A program made the position numbers and the translations under genes. 64,000 nucleotides of DNA from Eledone cirrhosa (taxonomy: Eukaryota): assembly GCA_964016885.1 (NCBI GenBank), contig OZ024745.1, positions 90,024,001 through 90,088,000 on the forward strand. The letters run 5' to 3'. Shown here one piece after another: positions 1 through 12,224 of this stretch. Position 1 is the first letter of the stretch. Each line of letters starts with the position of its first letter. A model generated the notes under the pieces. The model had not been told where the DNA came from. It was given only the letters and a program-made list of their open reading frames with translations, and searched no databases.

Positions 1-2108
1 GTATTGTCAGCGCAAACGTAAAATGGGAAGACTTGAAATTTGGGTGTCTTATTACTTGCGCATATGTTTAGATGTGCGCTTAGTGGTTTCTGTCTCGTGG
101 TTGGATCTCGTAATTGCTGGCGATGAACTGTCATTCTGTTTCTGGGTGTGAGTTTAGTTTGTCCTATATAATCTTCATTGCATCCTTTACATTAAATAGC
201 ATAAATTAGATTTTTTGATGAGCAAGTGAAGTGATGTTTTACAGCAAAATTTTGTCCTGATTTAAATGTATACGTGTTGCCTTCAATGAGGTGAGTGCAG
301 GTTCCACAATTAGAGCGACCACATTTTTTGACAGTTGGTTGTGAATTTGTGGTAGGTAATTTGGCATTGGTGAGTAATGTTTTCAGTGATTTCGGTTGTC
401 TTTTGCTTTTGATTATTTTGTGTGTTTCAAGGGCTTTTTTCGTTCATGGGTCTTGTTTCAGTAGTGGGATGTTCTTGTAAATAGTGTTATAAGCTTCCGC
501 ATTTCTTGGGTTGTGTGTTGAGATATATGATAGAATATTGGACGTACCTTGAATTTGTTTCTGCTTTCGTAATTCATCAATGGCTATTGCTTTAGCCCTT
601 TCTATTCCCTTATTTATTAGTAATGGTGGGTACTGTCTTTCGAGTAGAATTTTCTTTAATTCTTGAAGTCTTTTATTACGCGTTTCATAATTGGAGACAA
701 TTGTGCAATTCTTCTTGCTAGGTTAAAAGGAATGTTCGTCTTCGTGTGCTTTGGATGGTTGGAGGTGAAAGCAGGTATTGTTTGGAATCTGTTGGTTTGT
801 AGTGTATGTCAGTTTCAATATTTGTGTATTTTTTAAAGATTAAGATGTCTAGAAATGGGAGTTGATTTTGGCTGTATTCCACTGTGAATTGGATGTGGTT
901 ATTGATGCAGTTTATTCAGTTTTTGAAATGATTCAGTTGGTCGAGTGTGTGGGAACAAAGAATGAGACAATCATCCAAGTAGCGTTTCCAATTCTCTGAT
1001 AAATATTTGTGTAAGTTCAATCAGTATTTTGATTTGGACTGTTCATATATCTGGACTTCTAAGTATTCCATGACTAAGTTGGCATAAGTTGGAGTGGCTT
1101 TTGTACCCATCGCAATCCCCAATATTTGCTTGTAAGTACTGCCATCGAAATCAAAAAGGTGTTCTGTAAGATAAATTTTAATTCGTCGGTGATGAAGCTT
1201 TTTTCTATTCTTCCAGATAACTCATTGGGATATTTCTCTAGCCAGAATCCTATTGCTTGTAGTCCATATTGGTGTGGGATCATCGAAAGACACAATAATA
1301 GTGTCGTTGTTGACATGTTTGGTGAGGTGGTTTAGGAGGTCCAGATCGTCTCTTACAAGGCTTGGTGTGTGTTTGAGAATTGGTTTTAGTACTATGTCTA
1401 TAAAGTTGCTCAGTCTGTGTGTTTCACATTTGTGGGCCCTCTACAATTGGTCTAAATTTAAGGTATGTGGGGGTATTGTGTGTTCACGCAGACTGAGGTG
1501 GATTGTTTACAGGCATCGTTAATTATTTTACACTTGTGGATCTTCGGAAGTCCGTAAAAATTGCTGGTTTTGTATTCAAAATGTGTTAAATAATCGCGTT
1601 CCTTTTTAGTTAAGTCTTCCTGGTATCGACAAATCAGTGTATTTAATCTTGGTCATTGTTTTTGATTGCTGGTAGTTTTTACTCTTTCATAGTAATTACT
1701 ATTTTGTAAGAGAGAGAACATAGAATTTTTATATTTTTCAGCATCCATAATGACAACAGTACTTCCCTTGTCCTCTTCCTTAATTATAATGTCCGTATTG
1801 TTTTTTAGTTCATGGATAATCTGCCATTCTATTCGACTCGTGTTGGGTTTGGGTTTAGGTTGCGATAGTTCATGGTATGGAAAATTAGCTGTGAACTCTG
1901 TTTCTACCTTTTGTTGGGTTGTGCCTGCTTTTATTCCGTACAATTGATTGGTCGTTATTCTCCTTGTCAAAGAATTCCTCTGTGAGACGTAATTTTCTTC
2001 AGAAGTATGAGATATCGTCATTTATCTCATTGAGGTTAGAGTATTGTGGTGTTGGTGTGAATTTCAGTCCTTTGGAAAGAATTTCTACTTGTTGGGCTGA
2101 GAGGTTTG
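1..2108 (-). pseudogene. Decayed Penelope-like element ORF (RT + C-terminal GIY-YIG endonuclease), running off the left edge
   Basis: Minus-strand fragments give IIIKEEDKGSTVVIMD (PLE DKG motif), RYLDD at ~970-985, an LPFLDILI thumb motif, and NLIYAI.C..C...YIGQT (GIY-YIG) at ~150-215. Multiple stops and frameshifts. Confidence 0.9.
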
Positions 2109-2140
2109 TATTCTATATGGTTAATTAAAGCAATTATATG

Positions 2141-3004
2141 GGTTCCTTCTTTCTCACACCTCATTCACGGCGTACGGTCTGCTTCTCTGACCACTCATGA
2201 AATTCACCCAGCTTATGCTGATCGGATAACCATCATGTTGCTTGCTGTTTTTCCAACCTTCGGTTTGCTTTTCCTTCTTGTTGCTTACTTGTCTCACTCG
2301 CTTTACGCGTTTCACTTGTCCCAATAGCTTATTTTAGTTATTGCTCGCACCAACCTGAGGTATCTGATTATGAAATACCAATGATGGTTGGCAAATCACT
2401 GATGAGGGACTAATTTTATAATATGTAATCCATGTGCAACCACGCAGTATTCCTCTCCCCTTGTTTTTCATATATATTTACCTAGACTGCGATTATCTGT
2501 TTCTCTCTTTCTCTCTTACTGCTCCCCCGTTCTCTCTGTTTCTCTTACCTTCTTTCGCCCCCTCTGTCAGTTACACTTTCTCTCGACTGACCTCTTCCTC
2601 GCACTTCCACTCACTCACTCTCCGTTTCTCCCCTTCTCACTTCCTCCCGTTCGCTAGTAGTGGGGTTCCTTCTTTCTCACACCTCATTCACGGCGTACGG
2701 CCTGCTTCTCTGACCACTCATGAAATTCACCCAGCTTATGCTGATCGGATAACCATCATGTTGCTTGATGTTTTTCCGACCTTTGGTTTCCTTTTCCTTC
2801 TTGTTGTTTACTTGTCTCACTCGCTTTACGCGTTTCACTTGTCCCAATAGCTTATTTTAGTTATTGCTCGCACCAACCTGAGGTATCTGATTTTTAATGC
2901 GATGAAATACGAATGATGGTTGGCAAATCACTGATGAGGGACTAATTTTATAATATCTAATCCATGTGCAACCACGAAGTATTCCTCTCCCTTTGTTTTT
3001 CATA
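2141..3004 (+). repeat. Tandem pseudo-LTR-like direct repeat (~330-bp units at 2141-2470 and 2664-3004), oriented opposite to the PLE body and ending at (TA)n
   Basis: Near-identical copies start GGGTTCCTTCTTTCTCACACC. They contain degenerate CTGAGG..GAAA and CTGATGA motifs. An inverted pLTR at the 5' end is typical PLE architecture. Confidence 0.7.
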
Positions 3005-3010
3005 TATATA

Positions 3011-3079
<69 letters not shown>

Positions 3080-3198
3080 GCTTTAATTAACCATATAGAA
3101 TAATAGCTTATAATTTACTACAATACATTACATTTCTCATGTAAACATTATAAATACATCCATATTCTTAATATATATGTATATATATACATATATAT

Positions 3199-4190
3199 CA
3201 AAATAAATATCCGAAGGCATGGTATAAATTTCCAATCATTTTAATCACGACACATGTTTCAATAAGAGATAGATCGATCGTGTAGCCATGATCGATTATC
3301 ACTGATCTCGTCAGGTGAAAATGAATTGTCTTCAAATCCTTGATATCAGGGAGAAAATTAACGATGTTCACTCACAGAGTTTAGATCCTCATATGAAGAT
3401 CAAGCAGTCAAAACACGGCGACTGTTATCGTGTTCAGTTAGGGTCATAAAACTATCAAGGCTCTATCTCCCAATAGCTGTAAAAGACGCTGGACATCAAT
3501 CAAATCTGTAGAATTACAGTAGGTCACAGTTAATGTGAGTGGGTACACACACACTCACACACACCGACACATATACTTATACCAACATAGCATCAAATCT
3601 GTAGAACTATAGACGGTCACAGTTAGTGTGGAATTGGAGATATACACAAGCGTGGAGAACTTAATATTTCTAACAAAAAGTTATTGGACCGTTTGACACA
3701 ACCAATAATACACCTTACTATATAACAACTATATACATATATACATATATACATATATATATGTATATATATATATATATTTGTTTGTGTGTGTGTGTGC
3801 TTGTGTGTATATGTGTACTCACGTATGCATATATATATATATGTATGTGTTTGTGCGTGTGTGTGTGTTTGTCTATGTATATATAAGTGTATGTGTCTAT
3901 ACGTTTGAGTATGTGCATACTTGCATGTGTGTACTATGTATACGATATTATGTGATAATGAGTTTTTTATATGTATTAAAATATGTTTTAATATCTCGGC
4001 CTGGTTTATGAGTTTCTTATGAGTGGTGATAAGTGCCAAGTCCTCTGCCAGCCTTTGCCGACTTGTGCGATTGATATGGCTGATGTCCAGCATCTTCGAG
4101 CCAAATTTCACATGGAAATGTGAGCAGATATTGTAGCCTAATATTTGCCACATAAGGTATCCCCATAATACACCTAATAACAAAATAGTG
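3199..4190 (-). mobile_element. 3' remnant of a PLE (end of GIY-YIG, 3' UTR and HHR), interrupted by a microsatellite
   Basis: SHFH..F..KMLDISHINRTSRQRLAEDLALI...KLINQ resembles the GIY-YIG C-terminal R..E..I..N helix. An HHR lies downstream on the same strand, and the element ends at (TA)n. Confidence 0.55.
3245..3318 (-). ncRNA. Type I hammerhead ribozyme motif
   Basis: TCAC-CTGACGA-stem II-GAAA-CATGTG-TC-GTGA. Confidence 0.75.
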
Positions 4191-4253
4191 ATGTTAATTT
4201 GGGCTTCGTTGAATATTTAATGGTATTTAGTGGTAATATTTATGTATGTATAA

Positions 4254-4470
4254 GGGCGGTGGATTGGTGGTATCGGTAGAGCATCAGACAATATGATTTA
4301 TGGCATAGAGTTACGGCCCTTTACGATCTGAGTTCAAATCCTTCCGAGATTAACTTTGCCTTTCATCTTTACGGGGTCGATAAAATAAAACACCAATAAT
4401 GAACTGGGGTCAATTTAATGAACCTTCCCCTCCCCAAAATTCTTGGCCCTCTGCTTCCATCAGAAACCAA
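4254..4470 (+). mobile_element. Full-length tRNA-derived SINE (octopus OK/Meta-domain-like) with target-site duplication
   Basis: A-box-like head, B-box GAGTTCAAATCC and core GCCTTTCATC...GGGGTCGATAAAA. An 18-bp TSD AATATTTATGTATGTATA lies at 4235-4252 and 4469-4486. Confidence 0.85.
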
Positions 4471-5387
4471 TATTTATGTATGTATATTTTTCAGATAAGT
4501 AACGGTCGAAATGTAATACAAATAAACACATACAAAAAGAGAGAAAATAGGTACGAAAATAAAATTAACTGAAGTGAAATCAAGAAAACTGAGAAGAGAA
4601 TGAGAAAAAGATGTCAATGAGGAAATAAGAGTGTTTTGTAATGGAAATATAACACAAGAGAAAGCAGATTGTGAAGTTTGAAGTTACAAATTCAAATGTT
4701 TCATTTCAGACACATCACAGTTAAAGGAATTATTTCCCCTGAGATCTGTGAGATGATGATTTGAAATCGTTGAAAATCATGCAGATAATCATTTTAATCA
4801 ATGACTGGTCAAACTGTTTGCCAAAATCGTTGCCAAAATTGTTTGCCAGATCTTATTGTAATCTTTTTTTAACAAGAAGACAAATAGCAAATATGAAAAG
4901 AAAAAAAATGGCAGCCGTACAGTTCACTGGTATTGTTAAAATATATTTCGCATCCATAGACAGGAAAATATATAAACTAGAATATAGCTAACGAAGCATG
5001 TACAATATTATGTATAGTACCAAATGCAGCCTAAGCTGTGAGTGGATTAAATTTTTGTAAAAAGAGTGATTTATAATCAGTATTGAATCTGACAGAAAAT
5101 GTAAAATGGGAGTTGAAATAGAAATTGTATTGAAAAGAATTTTAGTTCAATATTGGAAATAAATAAATGTGTGCAGGGAAATGAAACCGTATCAAAGACC
5201 AATAGAGCAATCTATGGTTTCCTCCTCTACGACGCCTAAATATACACAGACATGTAAGTGTGTATTTATGTACGTATGTGTGTATCTGTGTGTGTGTGTG
5301 TGTGTGTGTATGGATGGATGTATGGATGTATGCATGCATGTGTGTATGTATGCGTGCATGTATGAATGTATGAATGTACGTATATAT

Positions 5388-5426
<39 letters not shown>

Positions 5427-6818
5427 ATATGAATGTATATATATATATATACATGTGTATGTGTGTATATGTGTGTGTGTATGTGTGTGTGTAAAATACA
5501 TCATGCTTCAATCTATTTGTATTTGCCCGACGCGCCAGTATTTGTAATGTTGTTATAGTGCAAAAGCCATATTTATATATACATTCATCAAGGATTGGTG
5601 GCAAGCTGTCAGTCAAAATAAATACAGTCCTAAATATCTGCATGTATCATGTAGTTTATACATAATATATAAATTCTATTTACAATTACATTCCTATTGA
5701 TTGACAGTCTGCAGTCTGTCCCAGAAATAGACGTTTATATAATGCTATGTGAGTACATTGGAATTAGAAGAGCTGGTACGACGAGTGTAAATAATTCAAT
5801 AAATGCCGTTAAGCATTTTGATCAGATTAACTACGGACTTATTTTCAAGTGCTAAATTTTAACATCAGATATCCTATGTATCAATACTGCGAATGATATA
5901 ATCATTTTTGACATTTTCGTTGAGTTCTTTACAAATCCTTTATACAATTAATGTCTCTTATTGCCTCCATAATCACAAAGAGCTGGGGTTAAGAATTAAG
6001 GATAAAATGAGAAATCAATGATAAATAAAATGCATTTATTGTGATAGAATTGAGAGTGAGTGATCAAAATATTCTTTGATCAAAATCTGCTAAAATACCC
6101 CTATAGCGGAAAAAGTGACTAGAGAATCTAACTCTGTACCTCTCAAATTCTGGCTTAGTGCTTTGTTCCATTGGGATAAAAGAAGACAATTACCATTTAA
6201 GTATTTACAGTTATGTTCTGCATTCAAGATTTTGTACATGTTCTGAAAATTTCAATTCACTCGACATCCGATGGTTTAATATCAAATGTTACCACATTTA
6301 AAGCTGACTATTTAGCTTCTAATTAGACGGTAATTGCCTTCATATCTCATTTAGCTCAATGGTGCAGAGCGCTCAGCTGATATTGTAGAGGTAGAATACT
6401 CTCAAAGAAAGCTCACCATACACCACAAAAAAAAGTAGATGGAAGAAATTTAATAGACAATATAACTATATTATACAACATCACCAACATCGCAATTTGG
6501 TTTACCACTCGTTATCCAGCATAGTACCAGCCACACAAGCAACAATCATACAGCAAGAACACGTGGAGATCAAGTTTGAGGGTTAAATTCCGGTGGGGAA
6601 GTTATAGGAAAATAGCGAAATAACAACTTAATATAATGTTTAGAAAATGTCAGAAGATTCTAATAATGAATTGAAAATTGGAAATAATTGTCGTTCATAA
6701 ACTGCTGTATCAAATAAGAGTTCTCCTTATATACGAATGTATCTATATATAAACATATACACACTGCTTGACTAATAACTTGTGGGTGGAATTTGGTAGA
6801 CAGAAACTGCAGAAGCTC

Positions 6819-6881
<63 letters not shown>

Positions 6882-7011
6882 GAAGTTATATTTAATTTGT
6901 TGGGATTCCAACAAACTTAAAAGTTTATAACTGATATAGAGCACTCAACAGTTTACTTGAGTAAATATTCAATATATTAATAAATGGAAACTATTTTTAT
7001 AAAACCATAAT

Positions 7012-7076
7012 TATATTATTATATATATTTCACAGGCAACCAAGCAAATCTTGGTGTGCTTTCATCAGATAAAATA
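7012..7076 (-). ncRNA. Minimal type I hammerhead ribozyme motif
   Basis: TATTTTAT-CTGATGA-stem II-GAAA-TATATAT-A... Confidence 0.75.
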
Positions 7077-7188
7077 CAAAATTTGTTTTATAAATAGTGA
7101 CATAACCATGGAAAACAAATATCCAGCGAATTTTCAACCGTCAAGGTTGTTTTCCATGGTTATGTCACTATTTATAAAACAAATTTTG

Positions 7189-7253
7189 TATTTTATCTGA
7201 TGAAAGCGCACCAAGATAGGCTTGGTTGCCCTTGAAATATATATAATAAAATA
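7189..7253 (+). ncRNA. Minimal type I hammerhead ribozyme motif
   Basis: TATTTTAT-CTGATGA-stem II-GAAA-TATATAT-A-ATAAAATA, with an 8-bp stem I and palindromic stem III. Confidence 0.85.
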
Positions 7254-7295
7254 ATTATGGTTTTATAAATATAGTTTCCATTTATTAATATATTG

Positions 7296-7397
<102 letters not shown>

Positions 7398-7462
7398 AAT
7401 ATATATATTATATATTATATATATATGTGTGTATGTGTATGTGTGTGAATGTGCGTGTGCGC

Positions 7463-7498
<36 letters not shown>

Positions 7499-8264
7499 TT
7501 ATATTTATATTTATAAATTTGTATGTGAGTGTGTGTGTGTGTGTGTGCGCGCGCGCGCGTATTTGAGCCACCATGTATGGTTGTGTGAGTGTGTGTGTAA
7601 CAGTGTGTGAGACTGTATGTATGTGTGAGAGAGAGCGGGGAGTATATATGTGTACGCTCAAGTTTACAACTTCGTGTTTATATCACGCAACATAGTGGTT
7701 CGACAAAAAGAGGTCGATAAAATAAGTAGTAATCTTGAAATACAGAAGTACTTGGCTCGGTGTGAACGAGTAAAGTTGCAGGTGGTGCTATCCCAGTATG
7801 GCCTTATTCAAATGATTGAAAACAGTAAATGAATATACACACACAGACTCAAATACACAGTCACACACTCACACACGTGTAATGGTGTAAATAAAACCCT
7901 TTTTGTACAGCCGACCATGTTATTCTTCATTCTTTCAATACTATTACTCCAAGAATGATCTGCATGGGAATTCTCGCAAACTCGCTACCTAACTAAGGGA
8001 ACGTCTTGTTGAGTCAAACAACGCCGTACGTTAAAACTCTCCATAGTACAGAGTACTCACAACCCCTAACTGGATTGCCTAAAACAAACACTTAATATCC
8101 CATAGTACTCTGTACTATGGATAGTTTTAACGTACGGCGTACATATATCTGTATATACATACTGGACCACCCGTGACCTGTTGGGTCACATTCACTTAAA
8201 ACTAATTTTAAAATAATCAAAATATACACGGATATGTATATAATGTAAAATGAAATTGGAAGGC

Positions 8265-8300
<36 letters not shown>

Positions 8301-8317
8301 TGTGTATATATATACAC

Positions 8318-9205
8318 AGACGTCCGTCTGGGAAGAGATATATTCGATGTGTCTCATATGAAATAATACAGACAATTTTCCACACAATACATTTAGTTAG
8401 CACCCCGAACGTTTAATTAGGAATATACTCACTTATTTCCAAATGTTTGTTGAGTGAGTTGGAATTTGGCCGGAGTATCGCTAAAAGCTTTCTCCGATAA
8501 TGTATTTATTTATTTACTCTTGGTGCAACAGATATGAAATTCCCGATATAAGGTTTGAACTCTCATTGTTTATTTTTTTATATATGAATATTGATTGTTA
8601 CTTGTATCTCATTCTGTTATTTTGCCCGAGAAAATAACTATGTGTGTCATCAAACGTTGTACACACATGGATATTTTTTCAAATTCCAATTGAGTTCTAG
8701 CACGTGGCCTGAATTCCTTTTAGAATTCATTGTCCTGCGCATGTATTGTTTTTTTTGGAGGCAATATACTTCCTCATTTTTTAATCAGTTTGAGTATTTC
8801 TTTGGAACTGCTGGAGTAGCAACCTATCAGGTACCTCAGGCACTGATGGTGATTATCGCTAAATACTGATATTGATTAGATTATCAATATTAGTATTATT
8901 GGGCACCCACTGATGAATTATAAGAGCCCACTTGAATATTATCTGTTTATCCTATACAAGCTCCTACATAACTTGTTATAATTTCACCCAAATTGTAGGA
9001 ATCTTATAATGAAACGAGACGTCCGTCTGGGAAGAAATATATTCGATATGTCTCATAAAATAATACAGCCAATTTTCCACACAATACATTTAGTTAGCAC
9101 CCCGAACGTTTAATTAGGAATATACTCACTTATTTCCTAATGTTTGTTGAGTGAGTTGGAATTTGGCCGGAGTATCGCTAAAAGCTTTCTCCGATAATGT
9201 ATTTA
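8318..9205 (+). mobile_element. PLE-type non-coding element with ~190-bp terminal direct repeats (8318-8510, 9017-9205) and an HHR
   Basis: The direct repeats start AGACGTCCGTCTGGGAAG and are flanked by (TA)n. A diverged relative lies at 24205-24525. Confidence 0.7.
8906..9031 (+). ncRNA. Type I hammerhead ribozyme with long stem II
   Basis: CCCA-CTGATGA-ATTATAAGA...TCTTATAAT-GAAA-CG agacgtc CG-TC-TGGG. Confidence 0.85.
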
Positions 9206-9317
9206 TATATATATTTATATATTTATATATATATGTGTGTGTATACATATATATGTGTGTGTATATAGATGTTAGTGTCTGACCTATATACAGTAGTCAC
9301 ACACACACACACATACG

Positions 9318-9389
<72 letters not shown>

Positions 9390-9390
<1 letters not shown>

Positions 9391-10552
9391 TAGACACGCA
9401 GTGACTACCAACAGAATATTTTAAGTCTGCATGTCTGACATATATGCGTAGCTTGTGAATAAAAAATTCAAGGCGTTTCGCTGGCCGTGGTGATCCCTCC
9501 CAAACATCTTTTGTAATGTATCGTCTTATTGGCTAATTTCATCGTCTTTATTGGCTAATCAACCAATGAAAGTAATTGTTGCTCAAAAGCATCCGCCACT
9601 TTCTTTGCACGTTTATTTATCGTTTCGCTTTCGAAACTTCCTCCTGTATTTCGTTGTTTATTCATGAAAATATTTTTCTCGTGTTGGTAAGTTATGTTGT
9701 TAATTTATATATGATTTTTTAAATTTATATTAACTATTCTTTTTTTCAGTTCGTTATAACATGCTTATAATATTGGTTGTATCATATTTACTTGTATATT
9801 TGTCCATATTATTGTTCGTTTTATGTTAGATCATTTTTTTAATATTATGTTACACTATTTGTATAAAATATTTAATTTTTATTAATTCGACTATAACAAT
9901 TATGTAAAATATATTTATTTAATATTGATTGTTTTTTGTAGTTGTTTATATTAAAAGTCTGAAAATATTTTTATACATTTTAAAATAATATTTATAAGAT
10001 CATTTATAAAATAACAATTATATAATCTAATTACATTACAACGATAATTTATTATTAATATATATCATGTTTAACTAGAGTTATTACAAGCGTTGCCTTA
10101 AAAAATATTAAACTAGACCTGAAAAATGAGCAAGCTCAAAAGAGCCACAGAATGTTATAATAAACCTTCAAAAGTGTGGGACTAGAGTTGTTGCTCAAAC
10201 ATATTGTAATCATTATCTATCGTACACTCTGTGGCATCCTTTTATAAAAAAAAGAGACTCATAACGAACTCAAGACGACACGATAATTATTTAAGGGAAT
10301 TTATAATATAGAATTCGTTTTAAGTGCATTTCGTATTAATTACTAAACATCTAATATGAGATATTGAACATTAGCTTAAATAATTATCGTGTCGTCTTGA
10401 GTTCGTTATGAGTCTCTTTTTTATAAAAGGATGCCACAGAGTGTACGATAGATAATGATTACAATATTTTTGAGCAACAACTCTAGTCCCACACTTTTGA
10501 AGGTTTATTATAACATTCTGTGGCTCTTTTGAGCTTGCGCATTTTTCAGGTC
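9390..10552. mobile_element. Interspersed repeat with an internal ~200-bp inverted repeat; second copy inverted at 58990-60160
   Basis: 10095-10295 is the reverse complement of 10375-10552. The whole block matches 58990-60160 in the opposite orientation. Confidence 0.75.
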
Positions 10553-10705
10553 TTATATATATGACCAAAAGTTAAACAAGGTTCATTTATTAATCAATGA
10601 ATATAGTTTTACAATAGATTAGAAGCACTCAACAGGGAAGTTTTCTGGAGTTATTAATATTAATTCAAAATATTAATAAATGTAGACATTCACGTAATCA
10701 AAATA

Positions 10706-10771
10706 TATTTTATTATATATGTTTCGGAGGTACTGTGCTCTTTTTTCAGTACGTCCTCATCAGATAAAATA
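10706..10771 (-). ncRNA. Minimal type I hammerhead ribozyme motif (family of 55196-57350)
   Basis: TATTTTAT-CTGATGA-GGAcGTACTG..CAGTACcTCC-GAAA-CATATA-TA-ATAAAATA. Confidence 0.8.
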
Positions 10772-11400
10772 CATAAATTGATGTATGACTTACTTCAACT
10801 GTGCTGATGGTTCAATTCTAGCATTGGCAGTACTTGGCAGTACTGTCAAGACTGGAATTGAACCATCATTTCCGTGGAAACATAACCTAACGTTCGGAAC
10901 TGGAACCAATGGATGTGGTTCGTAGAGTGCCTATATGATACGGAGAATCGACCTGTTACAGGGCGATATAACTGGAGTACACTATCCTTCCTATGGACAA
11001 TCATACATGTAAAGCTGCACCACCGCTAACCAATTATTCTTCTCACAGACACATGCTTGCAAGCTCTCTTAATCTGCCTGTACACCCTGTATTTGTACTG
11101 CTTGTGCTTTGATATATCTATGCTTTGCTTTGTTTTTGTTGTATTTATTTATTTTTTGTTTTTTTTAATACCTTCACTCCTTCCTTGCTACCCTCTCCCA
11201 ACCTCCTTATCATCTATTGCACCATTTAAGTGATAAATTTTTGATGTAATTTTTTATGACATTTTATGACATTATGTGCGTCATGTGTTGTGTCTTTTTC
11301 TATAAAGCGCTGGCCTCGGGACCCCCTGCTGGTGATTTAACCTTGTTCTGGTGACGCAGCTTGATGGAGCATGCAACTACTGATATACTCTTGTTTATAG

Positions 11401-11445
11401 GCTCTGATGATTCCTGCCATAGGGTATGGATGAAACACTGTTAGC
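11401..11445 (+). ncRNA. Minimal type I hammerhead ribozyme motif
   Basis: GCT-CTGATGA-tTCC..GGAt-GAAA-CACTG-TT-AGC, about 45 nt upstream of (TA)n. Confidence 0.7.
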
Positions 11446-11769
11446 AAATAAAACAATGTATTTCTAAGCACTCTTTGGTTGTTCCTATAATTATATATAT
11501 ATATATATATATATTTCGTTTCTGAATTATATATGTATATATATATGTAAATATAAGTATGTATACGTACATGCATATATGTATACAGACGTACACTAGT
11601 ATGAACATACATACATACATGCACACATATATATATGTACGTTACGTATATATGTGTTTACCGAACATTTATTATAATGCTCGGTTTGTTTGTAAACAAA
11701 CAGCCCGAATTATTAGCCATACAGTGTTCGGCAACCATCGTTGCCCTCTTGTTCAACACTGACAAAGGA

Positions 11770-11812
11770 ACAATGAAATAGTTTCTAGCTTATTAGCTGT
11801 CATCAGCACCGT
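11770..11812 (-). ncRNA. Minimal type I hammerhead ribozyme motif (degenerate relative at ~54158-54205, + strand)
   Basis: ACGGTG-CTGATGA-cAGCTaataAGCTa-GAAA-CTAT-TT-CATTGT. Confidence 0.65.
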
Positions 11813-12039
11813 ATACCTTCCTGTCAGTCGATTGAACGTTTGAAAGTATATACTTTCCTTATGTATATTAACGGCTGAGCAGCCTAATTTGCATATCGAA
11901 TGAGTTAGTCGGCCGAGCGTACCGAAAACGATAAATGGAAAAAATGAAATCTCATTTCTAACTCCTAGTACAGCTGATACTTAAATATAACTATGATATA
12001 TGTATATATGTATATATATGTAATATATATATATATGTG

Positions 12040-12135
<96 letters not shown>

Positions 12136-12224
12136 TATGCATATATATATATGCATGTGTGTGTGTGTGTGAGTGTGTAGTATAACTGTAATTTTGCTTC
12201 CTGTGTATTGATTTGTTTCATTTA

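Noticed and set aside
6345-6400. tRNA-like TAGCTCAATGGTGCAGAGCG
   Set aside because: A-box only, with no T-arm or acceptor stem; a decayed SINE head at most. tRNA-like heads at 4254, 34275 and 59681 are also SINEs, not tRNA genes.
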